Assembly: GCF_006345805.1 (NCBI RefSeq)
Contig: NC_043022.1
Span: forward strand, 8,370,001 to 8,434,000
Direction: 5' to 3'
DNA length: 64,000 bases
Origin: Octopus sinensis
Taxonomy: Eukaryota
The notes under the pieces: model-generated
Seen by the model: the letters and a program-made list of their open reading frames with translations, nothing else
What the model was told of the DNA's origin: nothing
The model's database searches: none
Shown: positions 1-14,252 of the stretch, piece after piece
How positions within the stretch are numbered: the first letter of the stretch is position 1
Layout: each line of letters opens with the position of its first letter
Made by a program: the position numbers and the translations under genes

Positions 1-72
1 GTATGCATACGTATGTCTGTATATATATTATATATATGTATTGTGTGTGTTTATATACGTATGTATATATGG

Positions 73-118
<46 letters not shown>

Positions 119-224
119 TCCATGCATATAATATACGTATGTATGTATGTATATATACGTGTATGTATGTATGTATATGTATGTATGTTTAGTATGTGCG
201 TACATATATATATATATATGAAAG

Positions 225-255
<31 letters not shown>

Positions 256-563
256 CATCTCTGAACGAGGTATAAACAGTAGCTGAACGACAATGTGAAA
301 TATATATGCCACTTAGTGGTTAGCCACATTTTATATATATATATATATATATACACGTATATGTATATATATGTACGTATATGTATATATATATGTACGT
401 ATATGTATATATATATATACGTATATGTATATATATATATATATATGTACGTATATGTATATATATATATACGTATATGTATATATATATGTACGTATAT
501 GTATATATATATATACGTATATGTATATATACGTATATGTATATATATATATATATATGTACG

Positions 564-594
<31 letters not shown>

Positions 595-622
595 ATTACA
601 TATCTATATATATATATGTACG

Positions 623-671
<49 letters not shown>

Positions 672-684
672 GTACGTATATGTA

Positions 685-728
<44 letters not shown>

Positions 729-815
729 TATATGTACGTATATGTATATATGTATATATATATGTACGTATATGTATATATATATCATATATATGTATAT
801 CTATATACGTATATG

Positions 816-846
<31 letters not shown>

Positions 847-865
847 CCGTATATGTATATATATG

Positions 866-902
<37 letters not shown>

Positions 903-928
903 CTCACGTATATGTATATATAATATGT
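1..928. repeat. compound (TA)n microsatellite with TACG/TATG interruptions
   Basis: Direct reading; recurring TATATGTACGTATATG units; YI-rich ORFs here are artefacts. Confidence 0.97.
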
Positions 929-1028
929 NNNNNNNNNNNNNNNNNNNNNNNNNNNNNNNNNNNNNNNNNNNNNNNNNNNNNNNNNNNNNNNNNNNNNNNN
1001 NNNNNNNNNNNNNNNNNNNNNNNNNNNN
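929..1028. other. assembly gap (100 N)
   Basis: Run of n characters. Confidence 0.99.
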
Positions 1029-1225
1029 AAATTCGACATGGGGTCGAAAATTAGAAACATGAACCACAAACTGTCTAGGGGACGCAACTCCATCCCTTTT
1101 TAAAACTCCCAAAATAAAATTTACCATCATTTTTTCCATTTTTGCTATTTTTTGGCTATAACTCTCTAAAAATGCTTTATAGTTATTCCCTTACAAACCT
1201 GAGCAACGCCGGGCGATACTGCTAG
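1029..1225 (+). mobile_element. Helitron 3' terminus (5' part lost in gap)
   Basis: GC-rich hairpin CCTGAGCAACGCCGGG (1198-1213) followed 8 nt later by CTAG|T (1222-1226); same terminal motif as the element at 47198. Confidence 0.75.
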
Positions 1226-1588
1226 TTGGATATAAACGTAAGATATAGCAAGCATTACCCAAGTTAGAGACACAAATGTCAATACATGATCTAAATGAAG
1301 TTAGCATAGCCAAAGGCCTTCCTGTTAATACAAATATCTCTGTATCGTCTATGTCGGTGTGTGTGTGTGTGTGTGTGTGTGTTTATTCGTTTCTCTTTTT
1401 CCCTTCTCTTCACGTCTCGTCTTTCTCACAGTCCGGTCCAGGAACTTCGTCTTTTCGTGTTATTTTACTAGTTTTACTTTTCTTGTTCGTGATCATCTTT
1501 AGATTAGTATACGTATCCAATTGTCCAACAATGGTGGTTGGATTCGTCACGATCGATGTATTACTTCACTACCTTACCAGCTTCAAAT

Positions 1589-1670
1589 TTTACCTCAAGA
1601 CGGTGGATTGTATGTTATGATGTAATCTATGAACACATTAATAAAATTTTACTGAAACAGTTGTTGTAAA
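1589..1670 (+). ncRNA. degenerate type I hammerhead-like motif (Penelope-type remnant)
   Basis: TTTAC-CTCAAGA-C-GGT...ACT-GAAAC-AGTT-GTT-GTAAA: stem I TTTAC/GTAAA, core with G5>C, long stem II insert. Confidence 0.45.
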
Positions 1671-2079
1671 TTTTAAACCCCACTTGTGTTTTCTATTATC
1701 AGAGTTTAAACTGTCTTAATTGGATTTGGTACTTACATATCTACAGTAACCTACCAAAACTTGATACATACATTGTTGTTTACCTCACTATGAACCCTGT
1801 GTTATGGTCCCTAGTCATTTCTGGCGTCCTACGTATTGATGTGCGTGCGCAGATTATTTCCAATCATCCCTCTATTCCCCCACTTCTCTCTCTCATATAT
1901 ATATATATACATATATATATATTACCTCATAAGATGTGTTTGAAAAATTAAACAGCAAAAAACGTAACTCACGATGCTAAAACTTCCTTCCAATACGTTC
2001 ATGTCTTTCTTTACAGATGTTTTTACGTAATGAATAATTATTTTATTTTAAGAAAATCTTTTTTTTCAATATTGTGACT

Positions 2080-2106
2080 GTATATATATTACATATATAC
2101 TTATAC

Positions 2107-2138
<32 letters not shown>

Positions 2139-2196
2139 AATAAGTATATATATATATACAAAAAGTATATAATGTATATATATATGTATATATATG

Positions 2197-2228
<32 letters not shown>

Positions 2229-2628
2229 TGCATAAATATGTATATATGTATATATACATATACATATATATTATGTATATATGTGTGTGGATTATATATA
2301 TATATATATATATACATATATGTATATATGTATATGTATATATACATATATACATTATATGTATATATTTATGTGATATAAATTATATGGTATATATATA
2401 TATATATCCATATACATATAATTGTATATATATATATATAATATATATGTGTATAATATAACAATACATAGAATGTATATATATATATATACATATATAC
2501 ATATATATACATATACATATTATGTATAAGTATATATATGTATATATACCACACAATATATTATATATATATATATATATATATACATATATATGTGTAT
2601 ATACATATACATAATATGTATACATATA

Positions 2629-2673
<45 letters not shown>

Positions 2674-2762
2674 TATGTGTATATACAATACATATATATG
2701 TATACATATATGTATATATATATATATATACATATATATGTGTATATTACATATATATTATG

Positions 2763-2794
<32 letters not shown>

Positions 2795-2964
2795 GATGTA
2801 TATATATATATATGTATATATGTATATATATATATATGTATATATGTATATATGTATATAGTATATATGTATATATATATATGTATATATGTATATATAT
2901 ATAGTATATATATATGTATATATGTATATATATATATAGGTATATATATATATGTATATATATG

Positions 2965-2995
<31 letters not shown>

Positions 2996-3091
2996 GTATA
3001 TATATAATAGTATATATATATATATATATATATAATGTATATTATATTATAATATATATATATGATATATATATATATATATATATATAGG

Positions 3092-3125
<34 letters not shown>

Positions 3126-3332
3126 TAATATGATATATATATATATGTATATATATATATATGTATATATATATGTATATATATATATATGTATATAATA
3201 TATATGTTATATATATGTATATATATATATGTATATTATTTGTATTATATATGTATATATATATATATGTATATTATATGATAATTATATATATGTTATA
3301 TATATATGTGTATATATATATGTATATATATG

Positions 3333-3365
<33 letters not shown>

Positions 3366-3380
3366 GTATATATATATATG

Positions 3381-3412
<32 letters not shown>

Positions 3413-3484
3413 TATGTATGTTATATTAATATATGTATGTATATATATGTATGTATGTATGTATGTATATATATATATGTTATG

Positions 3485-3515
<31 letters not shown>

Positions 3516-3554
3516 GTATGTATATATTATATGTATATATATGATATATATATG

Positions 3555-3587
<33 letters not shown>

Positions 3588-4372
3588 GTATATATATGTA
3601 TATATATATGTATGATATATATATATGTATATATATATGTATATATATATGTATATATATATATGTATATATATATTTGTATATATGTATATATATATAT
3701 TTGTATATATTGTATATATATGTATATATATATATTTGTATATATTTGTATATATATGTATATATTATATGTATATATATGTATATATATATATTATATG
3801 ATATATATATATTGTATATATATGTATATATATATATTTGTATATGTATATATATATATTTGTATATATGTATATATGGATATATATATATGATATATAT
3901 GTATATATATATATGTATATATATATATGTATATATATGTATAATATATATGTATATATGTATATATATATGTATATATATGTATATATATATATTTGTA
4001 TATATATGTATATATATGTTTGTATATATATGATATATATGTATATATATGTATTTGTATATATATGTATATATATATAGTGTATATATATGTATATATA
4101 TGTATAATATATGTATATAATATATTTGTATATAATATATATATGTATATAATATGTATATATATATATTGTATATATATGTATATATATGTATATTATA
4201 TGTATATATATATATTTATATATATGTATATATATGTATATATATATGTGTGTGTATATATGTATATATATAAAAAATATATATACACACATATATGTAT
4301 ATGTATGTATATATCTACATATATCTATGGATATCTCAGCATGGCCGCGGCCTTGGGTAAACATTTTAAGGA

Positions 4373-4422
<50 letters not shown>

Positions 4423-4500
4423 TATACATATATATGAATATACATATAGATACATATATACATATACATTTATAATATGTATATGTGCATATATATATAT
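2080..4500. repeat. large degenerate (TA)n/(TATG)n array
   Basis: Direct reading. Confidence 0.97.
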
Positions 4501-4504
4501 ATAT

Positions 4505-4712
4505 CGCCATGTTGATTCGCTAGCTTTTGCACGCATATTTTTTTCTCTCCTTCTTTCTGTGTTTTTTTCTCTATGTATCTTTCTGTTGAAGAGCGTAGGC
4601 TCGAAACGTTAAAGACTTGTTTCATATATATTTCCTGAGCGCCATACTAATACAATTGTTTGTTTGTATTCCACCTGCCTTCGTCTTTTGTCTATTTTCA
4701 TAAAGCTTACCG
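4505..4712 (+). mobile_element. short Penelope-type repeat carrying a hammerhead motif (family H2, copy 1)
   Basis: Homologous to 17302-17508 and to the 3' stub at 21836-21860; flanked by (TA)n; HHR motif at 4578-4615. Confidence 0.7.
4578..4615 (+). ncRNA. minimal type I hammerhead motif with A6>U core variant
   Basis: TCTTT-CTGTTGA-A-GAGC(GTAG)GCTC-GAAAC-GTT-AAAGA. Confidence 0.6.
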
Positions 4713-4762
4713 TTATATATATATATATATACATACATATATATATGTAGATATATATATAT

Positions 4763-4807
<45 letters not shown>

Positions 4808-4809
<2 letters not shown>

Positions 4810-5210
4810 CGCAGGCGTGGTTGTGTGGTAAGAAGCTGAATTCCCAACCACGTGGTCCCGGATTCAGTCTCACTGCGTTTCACCTTGAAATGTTTTCTAC
4901 TATAACCTCCACCGACCAAAGACTTGTGAGTGGATTTGATTGATGGAAACAGAAAGAAGCCTGTTGAATGTATATGTATACATTTATGCGTGTTTGTCTT
5001 TGTGTCTGTGTTTGTTCCCAACCATTGCTTGACAACTGATGCTTGTTTGTTTATGTCCCTGTAAATTAATGGTTCGCAAATGAGACCGATGGGATAAGTG
5101 CTAGGTTTAAAAAGAATAAGTCCTGGGGTCGATTTCTTCGACTAAAACCCTTGAAGGTGGTGTTCCCGCATGGCCGAAGTCAAATGACTGAAATAATTAA
5201 AAGAATAAAT
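4808..5210 (+). mobile_element. tRNA-derived SINE, family A
   Basis: GGCGCAGGCGTGG head with A/B-box-like motifs, internal microsatellite, tail ...GTCAAATGACTGAAA; many other copies in the window. Confidence 0.9.
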
Positions 5211-6214
5211 ATATTTAATCATATTGTGGCTTTTAATACCATAATCAACTTTGTGAAAGGAATCAGAAAATGTAAGGCATACTCAGTCAACTCCGGACGT
5301 TTAAAGTCAACGATTTGGATAAATCGTTAAAAAAATTATGTCAGTGTCAGGCAGCTTCAGGGCGGAAACCTTACTGGGTGCTGCAGAAATGCTTTTATTT
5401 TTTTTAAAAGTTAAGACGGGTGTAATATGGGTCTAAAGTTTCTTGCCTGTTCTATCGACAGAATTGGAGGTCACCCTGCCTTTTTTTAAACAGGTCGAGC
5501 AAAGGATTCAAAAAGTATTGGAGCCAAGTTTACAAGAAGAAGGTGTTACCTTATGTACTCTTTTTTTTTCTGTAAGGGAGAATGGTGTGTTTTTGAGGGA
5601 GATTTTGAAGCTATTTCTTGCGAGTGGAGTGAGTGCATAGAGTTCTTTCGTCAGTGAATAGGGCACAGACCCACTACGCTGGCAGATTTTGAACTATGTA
5701 ACTTTCACTTCTCGAGCGATCGCATTATCGATTGCGCTACAGAATGCCTACTTTGATAATACTCTTTGAGATGGTGACCACTAGATGATCACGAAAGACC
5801 TGGTGATAAGCAACATGTATACATACCGTTTTTCTGGTTTTTTTTTTTTATCTTGTATTAAATTCAAATATAGAATACTGAATTTTGCGCGAGTAAATAC
5901 GGCAAGCACATATTTACATGCATGTTCACTCATGACTGAAGAACATCGCCGACCACTGCCCATGCAAAATGTGAGCATGAGATTATTGCACTAGTAGTCG
6001 GTTTTACCCGGGTTCGCGTCTGCAGTTTCCATGCTCGTCGCTGCGCTTTCCTACACATTCGAGCATCGGATAGTCGCCTGATCGGTGATTACTCAACCTG
6101 AAGTTTTAGTTCTGCTTCTCAGACACTCTACACTCTATTAACATCATTCAGAAACGAGCTAGGGCAAGATACCTTATGTCAGTATGAGTCGCAGACTCAA
6201 GAATGTAAGAGCAC

Positions 6215-6610
6215 CATGATCTCAAGCGCAAGCAGAAGGTCCCCAACATGTTCAATGCCATTCCCTGCGTATCTGGTTTTATTGTATATTAGAATGACTT
6301 TCTCCTGGAGACATGCTTTAGCAAAAACTGAGAGATGCCCTACTTCCAGTAGTCTTCCAGCACATCGGACACTAACCCGGAATTTATCAGGGCCCGTGCT
6401 ATTGCTAGATAGTCATTGAACCTACACTAGGCTCATCCGTCCTTCGAGCAAGTCTTGTTTTTAGTCCTGCTACGTTTCTACCAATCCTCCTCACCAAGCA
6501 AGCCTAGTGGAGGTGTCGGTTTAGTCGCCGACAACCCTACCATGCAACAGGTTGTACGGGATTCTATGTTCACAGTAGCATTCATGAGAGACCTCACAAG
6601 TGACCTGACA
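6215..6610 (-). mobile_element. probable degraded LINE 5' region
   Basis: GC-richer block resembling RTE-type 5' UTRs; no intact protein motif. Confidence 0.25.
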
Positions 6611-7009
6611 TATATATGACTGAGCCAATACTACGCCATTACGCAACCTGCTAAAATTGAGAGCTCAAAATCTCACACAACTCACTCTCTTTCGTTTTAA
6701 ATAGTGAAAAATATGTTATACAGTGCAGTCCATCATAAGATGAATCATAAGTTTCATTCATCTTGGCTGAACTGGGTCCGATTGTAACTATATGAGAGGA
6801 ACATTAAATACGCCAGTGTTACTGTTCCCAAAAGATTTTCGAACATTGCATGAACGGCCTCCGTCTTCAGCCAAAACATAAAAAGTGCAGAAAATAAACA
6901 ACAACTGATTTATCATTTTCCCCGCGTTTTTATGCTATGTTTATAACAAAAGCATGATAGTCAGACAATAATATTTCATTCACAAACTAAAGGGACATTC
7001 TTGCGTGAC

Positions 7010-7620
7010 AGTCAGAGACACAAATTATGAAATATCTAAGCTGTATACCTTGAATATTTACAAGAATTGTATCGATTCATTTTTTTCTCAGTTAAGTTTG
7101 ACTAGCAAGGCGAGTATTAAACTAAAAGAAGAAAAAGAAAACTATCTTTACCTAGGGTGAATGTTGAATTTTTTGGAGAGGGTCCAAAAATGACTGACGT
7201 ATGTGACATCGTACAAAACTTTTTTCACCTGAAAATGTTAACTGCTAATTTCTCTAACTTTTTCCAGAGTAGCATTAAAAAAAACCCTCGTGGCATTTAT
7301 TTACATTGACCTTGAAATTTCCAAAAATGCTAATGAGTTTATTGGATACAATTCTCATTGACTTGGCGTGACGTGCGTGACAAAAAATGTGTGCGACATT
7401 TTCAAGACAAATATTTTCTATATCTTCCAAATAGATCTGGAAGAAATTGTCTCACTCGTAAATGAACCATTTCGGCATATCTTTAAAGATATATAATGAT
7501 TTTTCTTGGTATTCTAAAACAATTTTGAAAACCTGTTTTCGATTAATTTTCATGAGAGCGGCTCTATTACATTTTAAACACAGTTTCGAATCGTGTTCAG
7601 TAATTAAAACAAGGAATTGT
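7010..7620. mobile_element. non-autonomous DNA-element-like dispersed repeat, copy 1
   Basis: Colinear with 18005-18975 (CTAAGCTGTATA...AAGTTTGACTAGC...GGAGAGGGT...TAGATCTGGAA...AAATGAACCATTTC). Confidence 0.75.
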
Positions 7621-8225
7621 TGTTTTTTTTTTGTTATGTTCAAGATTGAAAGAAAAAATAGGAGTGTCAGCCAAAATACCTCAAAGTATTTTTTTCCCAC
7701 TGTTTTATATTGAGAGTTCAAATCCCAGCGAGGTCATATTTGCTTTTCTCCCGTCGAGAGTCAATGAACTAAGATAACTAAAACCCTGGACTTATTATAA
7801 CGAACCAATCTCCTTTCCTCGCCCAAGTTTTTTTCAGTATAATTAAATTAAATGTTATCTTCCAGTTGTTGTTTTTAAATAGCACTAGAACAGACAAGAC
7901 TAAAAGCGTTGAACTGTTAACGGTGTTAAAATTCTGGACATTTAAGAACCTCCTCGACATATCTAGGATTGTATTTTCTAAAGGATTTGGAAGCTGACAA
8001 CTCACATACATACATACATACATACATACATACACACACACACAAGGTCCTGGGAGGGTAGAAGATAGAGTATTACACTGGCACAATGTAAGAGCGTACT
8101 TTTGACGCAGTTTTAAGGCAGTACCACTCTGTTTAAAAACGCAAATATTACGTAAATTTTCACTTGGAATTGCAAGTGATCATTATAGATGTGTTAAAAT
8201 CTTTCTTTACCTTCTTATTTAGATA

Positions 8226-8265
<40 letters not shown>

Positions 8266-8290
8266 TTAAAATTACTAAGTCTCTCTAAAA

Positions 8291-8555
8291 GGTGCGTGGA
8301 TCAGTGGTTATCGTATTCGGTTCACGTAAGGTCGCGAGTTTAACTCCCGGCGACGCAAGACACTATTTGTCATGGATCCAGTTCACAGGGCTGGCAAAAA
8401 TGAGTAGTACTTGTATTTTAAAGGACCAGCCTTGACAAACTTGAGTGTCACTCTGAATCTCCCTGAGAACTACGTTAAGGGTACACGTGGACCAGACTGT
8501 TCCGTTGTTCGGATTAATTGGAATCCTCGTCGTCGTAATCGACGGAGTAGTAGTG
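8291..8555 (+). mobile_element. tRNA-derived SINE, family C
   Basis: tRNA-like head; TGAATCTCCCTGAGAACTACGTTAAGGGTACAC body shared, in reverse, with 43261-43330 and 61845-62135. Confidence 0.75.
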
Positions 8556-8703
8556 GTATATAGTATGTCTGCATTATGTATTTATGCATTATGTATTATG
8601 CATACATATGCATGATGTATTTATGTATGTCTATAATATGCTTATGATGCTTATAATTTTATGTTCACATATATTTACACACACACACACATATATATAT
8701 ATT

Positions 8704-9091
8704 GGCGCAGGAGTGGCTGTGTGGTAAGTAGCTTGCTTACCAACCACATATTTCCGGGTTCAGTCCCACTGCGTGGCACCTTGGGCGAGTGTCTTCTACT
8801 ATAGCCTCTGGCCGACCAAAGCCTTGTGAGTGGATTTGGTAGATGGAAACTGAAAGAAGCCCGTCGTATATATGTATATATATGTGTGTGTGTTTGTGTG
8901 TCTGTGTTTGTCCCACCAACATCGCTTGACAACCGATGCTGGTGTGTTTACGTCCCCGTAACTTAGCGAGAACGATAGAATAAGTACTAGGCTTACAAAG
9001 AGTAAGTCCTGGGGGTCGATTTCCTTGAGTAAAGGCGGTGCTCCAGCATGGCTGCAGTCAAATGACTGAAACAAGTAAAAGAGTAAAGAGA

Positions 9092-9092
<1 letters not shown>
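8704..9092 (+). mobile_element. tRNA-derived SINE, family A (near full length)
   Basis: GGCGCAGGAGTGGCTGTGTGGTAAG...GGTTCAGTCCC...GACTGAAACAAGTAAAAGAG. Confidence 0.92.
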
Positions 9093-9142
<50 letters not shown>

Positions 9143-9399
9143 AACACATATATAAATACGCACAGACATAGTACATATAAACACTCTTGTAATTTCTACA
9201 GCGGAGCCTACTCTTGTAAATTTTGGGTCAGAACTCCGATTCCAGGATAAGTTTCTCTTTGACTCCAAACTATCTTGGAGGCCCGACAAAGGCTTCGATA
9301 CAATGTACAATGCCTCCTTTCCGAAACTTAAAAAATAAAATGAAAATGACAATATCAATACGCAACATATTCATACACAGAGCCATAAAGTGCTCAAGT

Positions 9400-9446
<47 letters not shown>

Positions 9447-9667
9447 TGTTTGATGCTTCTATGATTATTGACAAGCGAAAGACAGTCTGTGTTCATGCAG
9501 CCAGCTAAAAATAGCAACCAAATAATCTTCAAAACTGAACCCTACCGTCTTAGATATTGAAAGAACTTTAGATAATGTCGTCCTCTATGTTCCTAAAAAC
9601 GTCAGGATGGTTAGAACTGGCATAACTTTGATTAATTGTCTGGTGGATTAGGGCTGTCAAGGACTTA

Positions 9668-9860
9668 AGGTGGTGAGCTGGCAAAGTCGTTAGCGTGTTG
9701 GACACAATACTTAGCAACGTTTATGTTCTGTGTTCAAACCAAACAAGTTGAACACTACCTTTCATCCCTTCGGCGTCGATAAAATAAAGTACCAGCGAAA
9801 CACTGGGTTGAATGTTATCGTCTTCTCCCCTCCGCTCAAAATTGATGGCTTGAATCCTGC
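9668..9860 (+). mobile_element. SINE family B (MetaSINE-like central domain)
   Basis: GGTGGTGAGCTGGCA head and CCTTTCATCCCTTCGGCGTCGATAAAATAAAGTACCAG domain, shared with 42198-42428. Confidence 0.7.
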
Positions 9861-11448
9861 AATGGACCGGCGTCTCGTTCAGAGGCAGTGTTGTGATCTT
9901 GGTCACTTATACGACATACAAACTGGATAATCGGCATTATGATTCCCAGGGCTCAAGAATATCTATATCTATATATAAAAAAGCGCTTAAGAACAGCAGC
10001 AAAACATTGTTCCACCCTACTCTTACTCCGACCTCTCCATACTATTCAGCATCATAGCTCTGCATCGAAGCCCTCCGTTCCTACAATGCACGTGCTTATT
10101 GGCTATTCCCCGACCTTCGCTAACAAACATAGATAGACACACGGACACACACAAATTTACATTTCCACATGCGCCTAAAATAGCTTCAAACGTCGTCTCT
10201 TGAATGTCTGTCAACTGTACTGTCTGCAACAGTGTCTGCTAAATATAAGTTAAAGATACACACGTATACCAAACAGAGACACGTACGGAAACGTATATGG
10301 TATAATGCATATGCAATGTATACGTGTTTCTCTCACTATATGTGTGTGTGTGTGTGTATGTGTGTGTGTGTGTGTGTATGTGTCCGCGCGCGCGTGCGCT
10401 TACACAGATGCACATGACGACAGAAGTGCGTGTGTTTTGTGATATTTATAAATTACAATGTACTTTTGTACCGCACATTGTATAAATCTACCGACAATTA
10501 TGTGCATTAGTGCATTTATGGTATAATAAATAATAATAATAATAAACATTGTGTACAGTGCTCAGGTGCACTATATATATATATATATGTCTGCGCGTGC
10601 GAGGTGCACATATATTCATACACACACACACACACATTACAATGTAAAAACAATGTATAAATCTCTCCTGATATTTACATTAATACGCACACTCACACAC
10701 AGACAGACAGACACACACACACACGTACGTGCGTCCTTTTTATTGCTTCAGCAATAGGACTGCGACATGTTGGGTTTAGTCGAACAAATCGATCCAATTA
10801 CTTGATCTAAGTCGGGTACTTATTCTCCTGGTACCTTTTACCGAACCGAGAAAACTCAACGCTGTTTGTAGATGAAACAAAAAACAAACACAGACACATT
10901 CGCTCATACGATAAGCTTCGGCACCGTCTCCTGTGAATCCACGTGGTCGCGAACCGGACTACCTAACAATATACAGCCGCACTTACATATGTATTCGTAG
11001 TAAAAACAGAAAAAAAAAGTGACTTTTCGCTTAGCTCATAACCTGGTGTATTATTATCAACTAATTTTACTCTAAAAAACAAAAAAAGAGAAACACTTTA
11101 CTAATATACATATCTAAAGTAAAACCAATAAAGGAATATGAAACAACATATTCTCACTTTTATTAATTCTAGTGTGTGTGTATGTGTGTGTTCGAAAGAC
11201 AGAATCCAAGAAATCTGACGGTGAAGAAAGACTCGAATCTAAAACTCAATACGTTAGGTACTCCACCACTCTACGACAATAATTATTTCACTGTAGACTT
11301 TGTTACTTTTTAGTCAACAGATATATAAAGTACCATGTGTATAAGTATGATGTGTGTGTCTGTATACCACACAATGCTTCATCAAAACTACCTCATTTTA
11401 ATATATATACATATATATAGATGTACAAGCTATACATGTGTGTGTTTG

Positions 11449-11509
<61 letters not shown>

Positions 11510-12005
11510 ACATGTGTATGAATATGCGGAAATGTACATGTGTCTATATATATATGTATGTGCATATATGCGTGTATATACGTTTGCGCATGTGTATATG
11601 GTGAGAAATGCAGATCTGTATATTATATGATGAACTGTTTTCCGATTTACATCTTCTTCTAATTACACACGCGCGCACGCACACACACGTGGGGTGTGTA
11701 TGTGTGTATATATATATAAATATATCTGTGTGTGTATTTGAACTGTATGTATGCACGCGCGCGCACGCACACACACATACACATATACACACAGGTACAC
11801 CACGGACTAGTCCCCTTATAATCCACACTAATTTCCACTAATTGCACAGGTGCCTGTATTTCATTTAACCATCTAAGTAAGTTTTATATTTGTTTAATTC
11901 AGAATGTGTTGGCCCAAGTGACCATCACTGGTTTGGTAAAAATCATTAATTCGGAACAGCTTTGGAACCAAGGTTCTGAAAAATCGATGTTGTAAACGTG
12001 TGTGC

Positions 12006-12099
<94 letters not shown>

Positions 12100-12289
12100 A
12101 TATATGGAATAATTACTATGAAGTATTGTATAGAATATATTTGGCCTTACCCACGATCTTTTATACAATATATATATATATATATATATTACAATGGACG
12201 TTCTTGTCTCACCAATGGGAAATGCGGTTTATAAAAAAGAAAAAAAACAAACTAAGAACTCCTCTATTAATTTCAATAGAGTGGTATAT

Positions 12290-13140
12290 TTATTCAACCC
12301 TCTCCAATGGTACTCAAGCAATTTTTGTCTATGGACCTCATTGATTACTATTTTAATCTACTTGGCCTCCATGTTAAAAAAAATTCTATTAGACTTTTAT
12401 AATTAAACATTATTAGGAATTGTGTATTCAAAAAATGTTAAAATATTCTGTGTATTGTAGGAGTATAAGCAATTTACTGCTCATTAACTTTAATAACAAC
12501 ATCTTATATCGACCCCTAAGCATCAGTCCACCTGCTTGGCAAAAATCTCATCAAGGTAAACCCTTTCACCACTATGGTAGTGTGGGGGTACTCCGTCTTG
12601 GTGAAAATAAAACTCCACTTCTTCAATGCCCTCTCGAATGGTTAACGTAATAGATTGCCGTAGCAAGTTCAAGTAAATGCGGCCAGTCCCAGAAAAAAAC
12701 AAAAAACAGGTCCAATTAATTTTTTTTATAAGCTGCACCATACTGCAAATCTTAGAAAATGAACATGTTCTGTAATATGCAGATACTCAGGTCTCCATTA
12801 AGCTATTTTTTTTTTTAATGTAGCCTCCTCATAAAAAGTGCCAAGTACCACTCAGAAAACTTCACTCTCCGGTCCAAATCATCTTCATGGAGTATATGGA
12901 CTATACTTAGAATTTAACTTTTCCAATGACAGCACTTCAAAACGCGATGGAAGCTTGATTTTGAAATACATATCTTACGACTCATTTACTGCACATATTT
13001 TCTTGAGCTGTGATAATAAGTTTCCAGTGCACTTTCCTGCTTTGTGGGGGTCGTCGATGTCTGCACTCTTCCGGAACGTTTCCTGTGGACATTCTGAATA
13101 GTTATATCTGCTTCAGACATATTTCTAATTCCAGTTATGA
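12290..13140 (-). pseudogene. degraded Tc1/mariner-superfamily transposase (DUF4817-like N-terminus)
   Basis: Minus-strand fragments NVHRKRSGRVQTS, HEDDLDRRVKFSEWYL and FHQDGVPPHY...VYLDEIF; stops and frameshifts. Confidence 0.75.
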
Positions 13141-13489
13141 TAAGTCATATGAAACGAAGTGCTACTTTGCTCAAGGACGCAATTGGCTATCCTGCCGGTC
13201 GGCAATTGAATACCGGTCTTTATAATAGTCAGTTGAAGAAGTTAAATTGTCAACGTCTCTGCTGTTCATTCTCAGTTAACTATTCTTACTTCGAGTTCAC
13301 TTACCTCCACACGTGTATGTATGTGTTTGTGTGTGTTTCATATATATATATATGTGCGTGTGTGTATGTATATATAAGTGTGTGTGTGTATATGTATATA
13401 TATATGTGTGTGTGTGTGTGTATATATGTTTGTATGTATATGCGTATATATGTACGTGTGTGTATATATATATATGTTTGTGTCTGTCA

Positions 13490-13670
13490 CCCCCACCACC
13501 ATCGCTTGACACCGATGCTGGTGTATTTATGTCCTCGTAACCTAGCGGTTCGGCACAAGTGACCGATAGAATAAGTACTAGGCTTACAAAGAATAAGTCC
13601 TGGGGTCGATTTGTTCGACTAAAGCTGGCGCTCCAGCACGGCCGCCGTCAAATGACTGAAACAAATAGAG
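13490..13670 (+). mobile_element. SINE family A, 3' half
   Basis: CATCGCTTGAC...GAATAAGTCCTGGGGTCGAT...GTCAAATGACTGAAAC. Confidence 0.88.
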
Positions 13671-13677
13671 TATATAA

Positions 13678-13768
<91 letters not shown>

Positions 13769-13942
13769 AGGTATATACATATTTGTGTGCGTTTATACAT
13801 ACACAAGTATATGTATGTGTGTGTGTTGCAATGAGCGAAACTTAAATCCTTTTAGTCACTTGCATATCTTTACAGCCGATGGAAAAAGTATAAATTTCAT
13901 GCATTTAGTTGTATTCTGTTTATTCCAACCAATCTCTCCCCC

Positions 13943-13944
13943 CT

Positions 13945-14039
<95 letters not shown>
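13943..14039. repeat. (TC)n(TCTA)n microsatellite
   Basis: Direct reading. Confidence 0.97.
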
Positions 14040-14207
14040 GGTTGCCGTGTCTATGGGAGATGTGGGTTCGTGTCTCTTAGGCAGCCTTTGACTTTTTCTC
14101 TCCAATAGTTATTCATAGCTTTGTGTGCTTCGAGATCCATTGTTCCCTCAAAGAATTATCCATCAGTTGTCTATCTCTGTCACCTCTCTTTCTCGCACAT
14201 CTCTCAC

Positions 14208-14252
<45 letters not shown>

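Noticed and set aside
73-4510. Long YI/CV/HT-rich ORFs here and at 21-23.5 kb
   Set aside because: Translations of dinucleotide microsatellites, open in several frames on both strands
5989-6030. Possible third Helitron 3' end on the minus strand (…CCCGGGTAAAACCGACTACTAGT)
   Set aside because: Hairpin poorly formed and no matching 5' TC end found
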